From assembly GCF_036365525.1 (NCBI RefSeq), contig NC_090404.1, positions 3,906,001-3,970,000 on the forward strand: 64,000 nucleotides of DNA. Direction: 5' to 3'. The notes beneath the pieces were generated by a model. The model did not search any database. It saw only the letters and a program-made list of their open reading frames with translations, and was not told where the DNA came from. Shown here one piece after another: positions 24,948 to 37,366 of this stretch (positions are counted from its first letter, which is position 1; each line of letters begins with the position of its first letter). The position numbers and the translations under genes are program-made. This DNA is from Heterodontus francisci (taxonomy: Eukaryota).

Positions 24948-26008
24948 CAGGATCAGAAATTGGCTAGCTGAAAGAAGACAGAGGGTGGTGGTTGATGGCA
25001 AATGTTCATCCTGGAGTTTAGTTACTAGTGGTGTACCGCAAGGATCTGTTTTGGGGCCACTGCTGTTTGTCATTTTTATAAATGACCTGGAAGAGGGTGT
25101 AGAAGGGTGGGTTAGTAAATTTGCAGATGACACTAAGGTCGGTGGAGTTGTGGATAGTGCCGAAGGATGTTGTCGGGTACAGAGAGACATAGATAGGCTG
25201 CAGAGCTGGGCTGAGAGATGGCAAATGGAGTTTAATGCGGAAAAGTGTGAGGTGATTCACTTTGGAAGGAGTAACAGGAATGCAGAGTACTGGGCTAATG
25301 GGAGGATTCTTGGTACTGTAGAAGAACAGAGAGATCTTGGTGTCCAGGTGCATAAATCCCTGAAGGTTGCTAACCAGGTTAATAGGGCTGTTAAGAAGGC
25401 ATATGGTGTGTTAGCTTTTATTAGTAGGGGGGTCGAGTTTCGGAGCCACGAGGTCATGCTGCAGCTGTACAAAACTCTGGTGAGACCGCACCTGGAGTAT
25501 TGCGTGCAGTTCTGGTCACCGCATTATAGGAAGGATGTGGAAGCTATGGAAAGGGTGCAGAGGAGATTTACTAGGATGTTGCCTGGTATGGAGGGAAGGT
25601 CTTACGAGGAAAGGCTGAGGGACTTGAGGTTGTTTTCGTTGGAGAGAAGGAGGAGGAGAGGTGACTTAATAGAGACATATAAGATAATCAGAGGGTTAGA
25701 TAGGGTGGATAGTGAGCGTCTTTTTCCTCGGATGGTGATGGCAAACACGAGGGGACATAGCTTCAAGTTGAGGGGTGATAGATATCGGACAGATGTGAGA
25801 GGTAGTTTCTTTACTCAGAGAGTAGTAAGGGCGTGGAACGCCCTGCCTGCAGCAGTAGTAGATTCGCCAACTTTAAGGGCATTTAAGTGGACATTGGATA
25901 GACACATGGATGAAAATGGAATAGTGTAGGTCAGATGGTTTCACAGGTCGGCGCAACATCGAGGGCCGAAGGGCCTGTACTGCGCTGTAATGTTCTAAAA
26001 AAAAAAAA
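24948..26008 (+). mobile_element. 5'-truncated CR1 with open RT C-terminus and A12 tail
   Basis: ORF 24985-25929 (SGVPQGSVLGP, FADD); ends gggcctgtactgcgctgtaatgttct-A12. Confidence 0.95.
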
Positions 26009-26267
26009 TTCTGACTACACTAGACGATGTCTCAGTTTATATTACACTAGATATGTCTCTTTCATTACTGCATTCGCCCACATCTCTTTGTTTATATTAC
26101 ACAAGGTCCTGTATAAATTATTACTGCACTAGAACGTGCCTCTGCTTATGTTACATTAAGTACTGTCTTTGTTATTACTGGACTGGATCATGCTCTGTTT
26201 ATGTGACACTGGACCTTTCAACTTTTATATCGCTGTAGGCCCGATCTCAGTTATTACTTCACTAGGC

Positions 26268-27637
26268 CTTACATCAGTCGTGGAAAATGCTAGAATCTAT
26301 TCTAAAGGATGTGATAAATGGACACCTCGATAATAATGATCTGACTGGGCATAGTCAACATGGATTTATGAATGGGAAATTATGTTTGACGAACCTGTTG
26401 AAGTTTTTTGACGATGTTACTAACAGAATAGATAAAGGGGTGTCGGTGGCCGTGGTATGCTTGGATTTTCGGAAGGCTTTTAATAAAGTTTCCCACAGGA
26501 GATTGGTTAGCAAAATTAAAGCGCATGGGATAGGACGTAATATACTGCTATGGTTTGAGGATTGGTTAACGGGCAGAAAGCAGAGAGTAGGAACAAACGG
26601 ATCATTCTCACGTTGGCAGACTGTGACTAGTGGGATACCGCATGGATCAGTGCTTGGGCCTCAGTTGTTCACAATATATATCAATGATTTGGATGTGGGG
26701 ACCAAATGCAGTATTTCCAAGTTCGCGGATCACACAAAACTAGGTGGGGATGTGTGTTGTGAGAAAGATGCAAAGCGGCTTCAAGGGGATTTGGACAGAT
26801 TTAGTGAGTGGGCAGGAACGTGGTAGTTTAAATATAATAAGGAAAAATGTGGACTTATCCACTTTGGTAGGAGGAATAGATGTGCAGAGTATTTCTTAAA
26901 TGGTATTAGAAAGTGCGGATGTACAAAGGTTCCTGGGTGTCCTTGTCAATAAATCACTGAAAGCTAACATGCAGGTGCAGCAAGCAATTAGGAAGGCTAA
27001 TGGTATGTTAACATTTATTGCAAGAAGACTTGAGTACAAGAGTAGTGAAGTCTTGCTTCAATTATATAGAACCTTGGTTAGACCGCACTTGGAGTATTAG
27101 TCCCCTTACAGTTCTGGTCCCCTTACCTTAGGAAGGATATTATTGTCATAGAGGGAATACAACGAAGATTCTCCAGCCTTGTTCCTGGATGACGGGACTG
27201 TCTTATGAAGAAAGATTGGGGAAACTGGGCCTGTATTCTCTAGAGTTTCGAAGAATGAGAGGTGATCTCATTGAAACCTACAAAATACTTAAAGGGATAG
27301 ACAGGGTAGATGCAGCTAAGATGTTTCCCCTGGGTGGAGCGTCTAGAACCAGGGGACACAATTTCAAAATAAGGGGAAACCACTTAGGACAGATGAGGAG
27401 AAATTTCTTTGCCCAGAGGACTGTGAATCTTTTAAATTCTCTACATCAGAGGGCTTTGGAAACGCAGTCATTGAGTATGTTTAAAGTGGAGTTTGACAGA
27501 TTTCTAAATACAAATGCATAAGGGGAAATGAGGATAGTGTGGGAAAAAGTGATTGAACTGGATGATCAGCCATGATCATATTGAATGGCAGGGCAGTGTC
27601 GATGGATTGAATGGCCTACTCCTGCTTCTATGTTCCT
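26268..27637 (+). mobile_element. Older 5'-truncated CR1
   Basis: Disrupted RT ORFs 26287-27521; tail ggcctactcctgcttctatgttcct. Confidence 0.92.
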
Positions 27638-28957
27638 AGATAATGCCACTATTTGCATTCCGCTGTCCTGCAATACATTTTGAATTCCTATGCAGTGCGA
27701 CTGAGAGTTTAAAGGCACAGAGACCTTTACGAACCTGATTGCAGCTCGGTGACTCTGAATTCCCTTGGTATACCAGAGGCTTGTCACTGTGCTCACTCCA
27801 GAGCCCCTCAGCTACCAAGTAACAGCTTTCTGCATCACAGACCCCGCCCCAACCGCCTCTCCCCCCAGGTCTGGAAGAGTCCAAGGGAAGTTATCTGTGT
27901 CCAGAATGATAGTGGTCGTGTTGATAATTGGGCAGGTAGTGGCTTTTGTCATGTGGCAGTCTCCCGAATGGTTTCTTCCTGAGCCAGTGTGGGGCGTCCG
28001 CCGCAATGATCTGAGTCTACAGGCTGCTCCCAGGGGATATCATTTTAACCATTGAGTGTAGGCTGCCACAGAGCTGATCCAGAGAGAAAACCCGCACTCA
28101 CCTGCACAAGGATATTGATCACATCGTCCTTTTAGTCAATCACCTGCATTCTCCTATTTAATATGTAAAATTGTTTTATTTTACCTGCGGTTTGTTTTTT
28201 CTATTACGTACCTGTTTGTTCAACATCTTGATCCCATTCCTTTGGACTGTCGGTAGGAACTCCTGTCTGTTGGAGTTCTGTAGAATCGCGGGCAGATGCA
28301 GCCACAACGTGCAGCGCCCTGTTAGGCGCTCAATCACACACCGAGAGGAAACCAAATTAACCTCGGATCAGACTGTCACCCAACAGTGCCCAGGAGCGGC
28401 AGAGAAAAGAAACTGCATTATCCAATCGGACGGACACATCCGTCACTGAACCAGTCTATCGTTTAAACCGTCCTTGTTTCTCATCAACTGCTTATTGCAT
28501 TAAAATCATGGATCGATGTTCAGACCAGCACCGAGACGCTCAAACGTCTCTCAAACCTGTATAGGCACGTCACACACCTGTTATGCGTGTTTCTCCCTAT
28601 CTCCCCCATTCCCTTTACAATTCCTACATTCCCACACATTTTCATGTCCCTTGACGACACGATACTTTCTGCATTCTGTATGTGTATCACCAAACTTCAG
28701 TCAGGTTGTGTCAAATCAGCCCTTCCATTATCCATTTGTATTACACAGATGGGTGCCTATCCTTTTCCCTAATTGAATGGCACGGGGGCCATTCTAGTGG
28801 AGAAACAGTCAGCAAAACCCGAATGAAAGTGTTTACTTTGAGTACCTGCATCGATCTCCCCTTGTTGATGTCTCCATGTACACCTTCATCTCTCTCCATC
28901 TGTTGGTGTCTCTCCGCATCACTGAATTCAGTCTCACCTTGAACTATCTCTCTCTTT

Positions 28958-29052
28958 GTGAAGTCAGGCTGCAGTCTGTGTGACGTCAGGCTGCATGCGG
29001 TGTGACGTCAAGCTGCAGTCGGTGTGTCGTCAGGCTGCAGTCTGTTGACGTG
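28958..29052. repeat. 22-bp tandem repeat x4.3 containing CRE palindromes
   Basis: Unit gtgacgtcaggctgcagtc(t/g)gt; perfect TGACGTCA at 28981-28988 and 29003-29010. Confidence 0.85.
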
Positions 29053-29393
29053 TCTATGCAGGTTTTAGAGATGTTTGAGTGTCAGCAACCTCTGTCTCGG
29101 AGCTGGTCTGAACATTGATCTATGATTGTAATGGAATCAACAATTGATTAGAAGCAAGGATGGTTTAACCGGTAGACTGATTCAGTGACGGATGTATCCG
29201 TCCGATTGACTTCTGCACTTTGTTTGCTCGGCCGCTCCTGCAAACAGTTGGGTGACAGTTTGATGCGAGGTTAATTTGGTTTCCTCTCGATATGTGTTTG
29301 AGCACCTGACGGCGCGCTGCACATTGTGGCTGTATCTTCCCGCGATTCAACACAAACCCAGCAGATAGGAGTTCCTACCCACAGTCCAAAGGC

Positions 29394-29432
29394 AGTTTTT
29401 GTGCAGGGGTAAGACTGCTTTCCATCACTGTG
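29394..29432 (-). other. 23-RSS of V29433
   Basis: CACAGTG-23-ACAAAAACT. Confidence 0.93.
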
Positions 29433-29890
29433 CGTCTGAAGGAGCAGTAAAACACGACAGCGTCAGTCAGCTGCAATTCGATAATGGTTAAACTTGCGAA
29501 GGAGAGTGAGGGTGTGAGTTCTGAAGAGAAACGGATTCCTAACCCTGCTCTTTTCCATTCCACTCCATCCCAAGACCGTCTCCACACAACAAACTGGGGC
29601 TCCTTGTTTAGTTGCTGCTGGAACCAATATAAATAATACATATCTTCAGTTGTGCTATAGGTACATCTTATGGTCAGCGTTTCACCTTCTCTTCTACTCA
29701 CTGAAGACTGGGGCTGAATAATATAATCGCCATCATTCTGATCTGTAAAATGTGCAGGAAGAAGATAAGATCGAATATTCAAAGCCTTCAGTGAAAGAAA
29801 ATCAACATTTTAGTTTGAATACACACGATTGGAGCCATTCTTACCGATAGCAAACAGCACAAACACAACCCAGGTGCTGAATATTCGCAT
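29433..29890 (-). CDS. TCR alpha/delta-type V gene segment, apparently functional (leader 29845-29890, V exon 29433-29742)
   Basis: Leader MRIFSTWVVFVLFAI G|gtaag; acag| acceptor; DYIIQPQSSVSRREGETLTIRCTYS...LYWFQQ...DAVVFYCSFRR in open frame. Confidence 0.92.
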
Positions 29891-31046
29891 GTCTGCTGTC
29901 AAGCCCGAACATCTCGGTCCCCTTAAAATCCCAAACACGGACCGGAACAGACCCCGTCACAGGTTCCTGTTGGCTCATCGCCACTTCCTGGTTTCACTGT
30001 TCCCCTGCAATGGCGCAACCTCCAGTCAACCCGCCAGATATTCAAATGGGATTCCAATGAGGGTCTTGGGTCACCTGCGGTCCTTTGAATCACAGCATAA
30101 TGTATCTGCTGATGGAATCATTATTTCAGTGAGCACAGTCTACGGTATGAGGTCAACTGCAGCCCTACTGAGCTCTGGGGGTTTGTTTCAGGGGCCTGAA
30201 TCGCTCAGTTTATTGGCTAATTGTTAATTTCTCCCCGTGTATGGCGGCTGTCCAAGGACAAAAAATATTCTCACGTACATTTCATGTTTACGCTCTGTGC
30301 GCTATCAGGAGAATCATTGCTCGCAATTTAAAATAACTAACACAGAGAGACCGGGAGGAATCTTCCGTTTGTGCATCCTCAGAAGAAGATTCATCAAACC
30401 CGATCTCCCATCAGTCAGCTCGGTCTGGTTAGTGAAGGGAAGTGAAATAAACGGAACATCTTTATCTACATTCAACACCTGTCTTTGTCAAATTGAGAAA
30501 ATGTCTTACCGCCATCAACAGACTGTGTTGCTAATTTATTGTCGGGGAACATGAGACCGCTTCCCCAAATATCTGCTGAAACCGGTTAGAATAATGTCGA
30601 CCCGAAACTAATAAGAGGCGCCATTCCCCGGTGCTGAAAGTAATCTCATGGGGTGGGAAATGGTGGCGAATGAAACGGGAGAAACTACTTGCGTTGTCTT
30701 TCTGAGTAAACCCTTCATTTCATATTTTGACATTAAATATTGGAAGGGGAGACAATTCCAGGGATATGAGAAAAGGTGCGGGACTAATTGGACGGCTCCG
30801 TTTAGCAGACGGCACAGAAACGATGGGGCGAATTGCCTCATTCTGCGCTGTAGGTTTCGATGATTCTAGATCCGAGGCGATGCCAGTGATTGCTGTCACT
30901 CAGTTTCTCACAGTGACCTGGACCTGCTTTACCAGAAACCGCCCGGCTTCTGCCCTATGGAACTGACCGAGGAACTCAACCTGCTTGATTGATTCGCTCC
31001 ACGGGACAGTTTCCAGAGCATCACATAATTAGTCTTTTGTGAGCCC

Positions 31047-32490
31047 TTCACACAAGGGGCTGCCTCCTGAGTCCATCTCATTGTGTGTATCAGCTGACAC
31101 AAGGGGCTGCCTCCTGGGTCCATCTCATTGTGTGTATCAGCTCACGCAAGGGGCTGCCTCCTGGGTCCATCTCATTGTGTGTATCAGTTCACACAAGCGG
31201 CTGCCTTCTGGATCCATCTCATTGTGTGTATCAGCTCACGCAGGCGGCTGCCTTCTGGATCCATCTCATTGTGTGTATCAGTTCACACAAGCGGCTGCCT
31301 TCTGGATCCATCTCATTGTGTGTATCAGCTGACACAAGCGGCTGCCTACTGGGTCCATCTCATTGTGTGTATCAGCTCACGCAGGCGGCTGCCTTCTGGA
31401 TCCATCTCATTGTGTGTATCAGTTCACACAAGCGGCTGCCTTCTGGGTCCATCTCATTGTGTGTATCAGCTCACGCAGGCGGCTGCCTTCTGGATCCATC
31501 TCATTGTGTGTATCAGCTGACACAAGCGGCTGCCTCCTGGGTCCATCTCATTGTGTGTATCAGCTGACACAAGGGGCTGCCTCCTGGGTCCATCTCATTG
31601 CGTGTATCAGCTGACACAAGGGGCTGCCTCCTGGATCCATCTCATTGTGTGTTTCAGCTGACACAAGCGGCTGCCTCCTGACTCCCTCTGTGTGTGTGTG
31701 TCAGCTCACATAAGGGGCTGCCTCCTGGGTCCATCTCAGAATGTGTGTCAGTTCAGCCAAGGGACTGCATCCTGGGTCCCTCTCAGTGTGTGTGTCAGTT
31801 CACGCAAGGAGCTGCTTCCTGGGTCCATTTTAGTGTGTGCGTCAGCTCACACAAGGGGCTGCCTCCTGGGTCCATCTCAGAATGTGTGTCAATTCACACA
31901 AGGGACTACATCCTGGGTCCCTCTCAGTGTGTGTGTCAGTTCACGCAAGGAGCTGCTTCCTGGGTCCATTTTAGTGTGTGCGTCAGCTCACACAAGGGGC
32001 TGCCTCCTGGGTCCATCTCAGAATGTGTGTCAGTTCACACAAGGGACTGCATCCAGGGTCCCTCTCAGTGTGTGTGTCAGTTCAGGCAAGGAGCTGCTTC
32101 CTGGGTCCATTTTAGTGTGTGCGTCAGCTCACACAAGGGGCTGCCTCCTGGGTCCATCTCAGAATGTGTGTCAGTTCACACAAGGGACTGCCTCCTGGAT
32201 CTATCGCTGTGTGTGTGTCCGTTCACACAAGTGACTGCCTCCAGGGTCCATCTCAGTGTGTGTGCCAGCTCACACAAGGGACTGCTTCCTGACTCCATCG
32301 CTGTGTGTGTGCCAGCTCACACAAGGGACTGCCTCCTGGATCTATCTCTGTGTGTGTGTGTCCGTTCACACACGTGACTGCCTCCTGGATCCATCTCAGT
32401 GTTTGTGTGTGTCAGTTCACAGCAGCATCACTCGGCACTGCCTCCTGGATCTACCACAGTGTATGGCAGCTCACAGCAGCATCATTTGGC
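31047..32490. repeat. 47-bp minisatellite (~30 copies) with an internal 141-bp higher-order block
   Basis: Unit acacaaggggctgcctcctgggtccatctcattgtgtgtatcagctg; 47-aa periodicity in ORFs across 31692-32234. Confidence 0.95.
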
Positions 32491-32560
32491 GCTGTGTCAA
32501 CATCTGACCGCCGTTATATCCGGCTTCAACAGGCGCAGCCGAGGCATCCAGACCGATGGC

Positions 32561-32898
32561 AGTTTCTGTCAGAGGGTTTAACTGGTTCCCATCACTGTGA
32601 GCCTCAGGGAGCAGTAATAAAGTGCCTGCTAGTTGCAAGTCCGAGATAGTTACACTGGTGAAATCAGTCCCGATTTCGAGCTGTGCGGAGAAACGGGTTG
32701 TTGCAAATCTGCTTTATCTTCATACTCATATGTATTTCATCAGCATAAACTCGGTTTGTGTATCTGGGTGTTGGCGGTACCAGAATAAATAATTGCTGCT
32801 CCGTGCGCTGTTATAGAGACAGTATAAAGTCATCACTCTTCCTTCTAATTTAACTTCCCAGGACTGCGGTTGTGTGATAGAATCTCCATAACTGAGAT
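32561..32898 (-). pseudogene. TCR V pseudogene with good 23-RSS
   Basis: DSITQPQS..MTLYCLY...LFWYRQHP, stop and indels, acceptor AG changed to AC, LYYCSLR; CACAGTG-23-ACAGAAACT at 32561-32599. Confidence 0.88.
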
Positions 32899-33040
32899 GT
32901 GAAGAACATGATAAAACAAATAAAGATCAGATATGCAGGTGTTTAGAATGAAGAGTCAAACAATGTTTAGGAAAATAAAGGATTAAATGTGTTTAAATCG
33001 CAATTATCTGTCAGAAATGCCCCCCTTCCCCCCCAAACCC

Positions 33041-33150
33041 AGAGCTTTGATGAAAGGTCACAGACGTGAAACATTAACACTGCTTCTCTCTCCACCGATG
33101 CTGCCTAACCTGCTGAGTATTTCCGGCACTTTCTGTTTTCATTCCAGATG
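33041..33150 (+). repeat. Penelope-associated repeat with degenerate hammerhead core
   Basis: agagct-ttgatga-aaggtcacagacgt-gaaacatt-aacact. Confidence 0.65.
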
Positions 33151-34123
33151 CCGAGTAGCCGCATTGTCGCTGTCCGCTCTGTAAAAGGGGGGTTGGATAT
33201 TTAAAGACACCTTTTCTAATCCCCATTCGCAATAATCAGAATGCTTTCATCTCACTTCCTTGCGTCCCCAGTGGTGCCATAAGACCGGTAGGTGGTGAGC
33301 TGGCTGCCAGTGTCTTTGTCACTGTCTTTGTAGGGAGAATGGTTTCGCTGTTAGAGACCAAGTGGGGCTACCATTGAGTGCAACTGTGGAGTTTGACCGC
33401 GGTGCTGACTATAACAGCACACACAAAGTCCACGATTTCTTGCTTTCAATGTGCAAGTTAGTGTGGCATTACTTTCCTCTGCAACCGTCAGAAGTGGAAT
33501 CCACCGTGCTTATGTTTTAGCAAAATAATAGTCATTACCACCATCAGCCTCATCGCCATTTGAGTCAACATTGTCAGCGTCATCACCATCACTGAAAGGT
33601 CTGGCGAATCGCTGGAAAGCCAAGTAGTTTTCTGCAACTGAATTGCCCTCCGCATCCCAAACTGAAAGGTGGATATTTAAATTTTGAAGTAAAAATTGAC
33701 AAATAACATCAAGCTCACAACCATCGTTGCTACCGGATCGATCAGAATGTGCGTTCATCATGTATATTTCCGTTTTTATGTCTGCCTTCAGTATCCCTTT
33801 TTTATTCTTCCCTGCTTTCTATCTTCTTGACTATGCAATGTCTATACATAGGTAAATACACAGATTCTCAGCACGGCGTCTTCCCCGCACCATGAAACTG
33901 TGCCCATCATGTAGCATCAGTGAACTGCAGGCTTCATGAGCTGAAGCCAAGTTCGAACAGTCCTGAGCCATCTGGCTTGCCAGGCGCAATTAATGTTCAT
34001 AATTCTGTTGAAAATAGAGAATTTTAGAGCATTTCACGAAAACAGACTCGTGTTGACTGCAGGGCTGCTTCCTATCAAGTTCACTGACACAGCGAAATGA
34101 ATGACCTGCAAGCGATCACAACG

Positions 34124-34178
34124 CGGCGCAGTGGTGCAAGTGTTGGACTTACGCGGGTTCGAGCCCCACTCCTATTAA
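34124..34178 (+). pseudogene. tRNA-derived remnant (SINE head or tRNA pseudogene)
   Basis: A-box-like ggcgcagtgg and B box ggttcgagccc; no complete cloverleaf. Confidence 0.35.
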
Positions 34179-34984
34179 CTTGCTATTCAGTGTTGCTGCT
34201 ATTTTGTAGAGTAAGGGACTTGGATGCAAGGTAGGTAAATTAAGTTGATGGATAGATCAGCAATGGTTTCATTCAATGGTGGAGCAAGTTCAAGATGAAT
34301 GGCTAAATCCTGTGTCTATAGAAGAATAATGTATCTTCAGAATACAGAGGCAGGAAGGAACAGGCAGAGATCGAGAGAGCCATCCACAGAAAGAGTGATA
34401 AACTGACTACAGAGAAATGATTATCAATTTCCTGCTCGTAAAAGGTAGGTTCGGCACAGTCAGTCTCAATTGCAGGTCAGTTGAGGAGTTTAGAAGGTTC
34501 TGTTGGAAAATCGGATATATTGACGATAGGTTGCATTAAAAGATTCAATCTCGCAGTGCTTAACAAAGTTATAGTGTAGAGTGGGCGGGTGAACGATTTC
34601 CTCTTATTTCTGTGCCATACGTTCGTATTTTCTTCTCGTCCAGTAACAACCAATCAGTAACGGGGAGGTGAGGCGGAATGCCCAAGACTGCTCGCTCTCA
34701 ATAACCACACGTTTCCCACCTTCAAACCGCAGTGAGTGAGAGAAGTGCACCTGTTAACCGCTTTCTCTATTACATTCCCCATTTCCACACAGAACAGTTA
34801 AACTAACGGTTTCTGCAATGCAGCCGCTGACAGCTCGATCTGTAAAACCCCAATTCAGTCACATTGAAATTACTTAATAGAACAAGATTAAAACAAGTAG
34901 CTGGAATTTGGAAATCGAATCATGAAATTTGCAAAATATGCGGCGGGCTCTTTGTTTGTCTTTGTCTCTCTATATCTTCTGTCT

Positions 34985-35008
34985 GTGTGTGTGTGTGTGT
35001 GTGTGTGT
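34985..35008. repeat. (TG)n microsatellite
   Basis: About 12 TG units. Confidence 0.9.
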
Positions 35009-35362
35009 CTCTCTGGCAATCACACTCTGCCTCTCTTTCTTTCTCTCTCTTTCAGCTCTCTTGAGTCATTCTTCGTTTCCTGCGCTGTCTTTCGTGTCTC
35101 ACGATCTTTCTGCCTTTTTCTGTCTGCCTCTCTTTTTCCATATACTTTTCCTTGACTTTTCCTGTCCCTGTAGCATTCTTACCTTCATTATCAAAAAATG
35201 CATTTTTGCACAGTGACGTTATTTTGCGTCAGCTATCTTTTTATTTCGGGATGCGAGCCCACAGCCGGAAACTGTCGGTATCTGATTCTGATCTGGTAGG
35301 AATGAAGTCTCACCGTTCAGAAATTGAATTCCCATCGTATAGGGTAGTTACCATCCAGCGCT

Positions 35363-37366
35363 AGTTACCGTGCCGTACCTGCATCACTTTGTATCACTGT
35401 GATATTCAGCACACAATAATACATCGCGCTGTCACCCAGCTGTACATTTGTCAGTGTTAAACTGAAAAAACGATCCGATACTCGGAGGGTGGAAGAGAAC
35501 CGGCCGCCCACAGGCTCTGATTTCTGTTCTTCTCCCTCAGAATTCCTTTTGATTAAAAGTACCAGCGCCTCCCCCATTCTTTGTCGGTACCAGAGCAGAT
35601 CATATCGGCGGTTGTCTGTGGAGTATGAGCAGGGCAATACCATGCGTTCTTTCTCCAAGCAAGGTACTGATGCTCTCCGTTGCTTAATTGTATTAGAATA
35701 ACACAGTCCTTCAAACAGTAAATAAATAGAAAATAAATAGATGCTTAGATACTGGAGACATCAATAACCACTCATTTCCTCTCTTCATCGTACAATCATA
35801 GAACGAAATAGTTGCGAAGGAGGCCGTTCGGCCCACCGTGCCTGTGTCGACTCTTTGATAGTGCTACCAAATTATTCTCACTCCTCTGCTCTTTCCCCAT
35901 AACCTTCCAAATGTTTCTCCTTCAAGCATTTATCCAAATTATTTTAGCAGTTACTACTAAACTTTCAGGTTGTGCATTCCAGATCATAACCACTCACTGT
36001 CTAAGAAAGATCTCCTCAAGGCGCCTCTGGTTCAGTTGGCAATTACCTTAAATCTGTGTCCTCTGCTTATCGAGCTTTCTGCCACTGGAAACAATTTCTC
36101 CTTATTTACTCTAGCAAAATATCCCATGGTTTTTTACACCTCTATCAAATCGGCTCTAAACCTTCTCTGTTCTGAGGAGAAAAACCCCAGCTTCTCCAAT
36201 CTCTCCACAAAGTTGAAGTTCCTCATCGCTGGTACCATTCAATAAACCTCACAGCTCCAGGGACCCGGGTTCGATTCCGGGTACTGCCTGTGTGGAGTTT
36301 GCAAGTTCTCCCTGTGTCTGCGTGGGTTTCCTCCGGGTGCTCCGGTTTCCTCCCACAAGCCAAAAGACTTGCAGGTTGATAGGTAAATTGGCCATTATAA
36401 ATTGTCACCAGTATAGGTAGGTGGTAGGGAAATATAAGGACAGGTGGGGATGTTTGTTGGGAATATGGGATTAGTGTAGGATTAGTATAAATGGGTGGTT
36501 GATGTTCGGCACAGACTCGGTGGGCCGAAGGGCCTGTTTCAGTGCTGTATCTCTAATCTAATCTAAACCTCTTCGGCACCGTCTCCAACGCTTTGACAAG
36601 ATTCATAATGTGCAGTACCCGTAATTGAGCACAATACTCCAACTGAGGGCTGGCCAGTGTTATATGAGTGCGAGCATAACTTGTATGTTTTTGTACACCA
36701 TTCCTATTAATAAAGGCAATAATACAAAATGTGTTTTTTTAACAGGCATCTCAGCCTGTCCTGCCCCGTTCAGACATCTGCATACATACGGCCCCACGTC
36801 TCCCTTTCTTCCTACACATCCTTTCAAATTGCATCATTTAGTTTATATTGCCTTTCCTCATTCACACATCTCTCCATAAATTTCATCTGCCAGATTCTTG
36901 TGAATTTCACCGATCTGCTTATGTGCTCCTGAAATCTGCTGCTATCCCCCTCACTGTTACCTACATACCGAAGTTTTAGTCACCTGCAAACTTTAAAATT
37001 GAGCCCAGTGACCCAAAGTGTCGGTCATTTACAATTAAAGTGTTTATTTATTTATTTATTTAAATTAAATGCCCACTTTGGGAAAAACTATTGTAAATCT
37101 CACTCCAATCAAAATCAATGCTTAATCAAGTCCATCCAGCTAGCCGTCCCTTCCTCCCTCTCTCCCGTTCTCTCTCCATCCATCCATGTATCACCCATTA
37201 TCTATCAATTCCTCCATCACACCAGAGCCCTCCCTCTGACTCTATATCGAACCCACCTTCATTGGACAAATATGTATTTTCCAGAACGTGTATTTTGAAG
37301 CGAACTAAACGACTCACCGAGTTTCAGGAAAAGAATCGCAACGGAAGCTCCAAAATTATTTGACAT
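35363..37366 (-). CDS. In-frame TCR V gene (leader 37318-37366, V exon 35402-35708); 23-RSS with weak nonamer
   Basis: Leader MSNNFGASVAILFLKL G|gtgagt; NTIKQRRASVPCLEKERMVLPCSYS..LLWYRQ..DSAMYYCVLNI; CACAGTG-23-ACGGTAACT at 35363-35401. Confidence 0.82.
35790..37000 (-). mobile_element. Old degraded CR1 in the V leader intron
   Basis: Remnant 3'UTR and RT segments. Confidence 0.6.
36247..36566 (+). mobile_element. HE1-like V-SINE, 5'-truncated, flanked by taaacctc duplication
   Basis: Near-identical to 17286 and 43815; taaacctc at 36243-36250 and 36564-36571. Confidence 0.9.

Noticed and set aside
31039-32507. Overlapping Cys-rich repetitive ORFs or a CRISPR-like array
   Set aside because: Translation artefacts of a 47-bp minisatellite; no unique spacers; eukaryotic context
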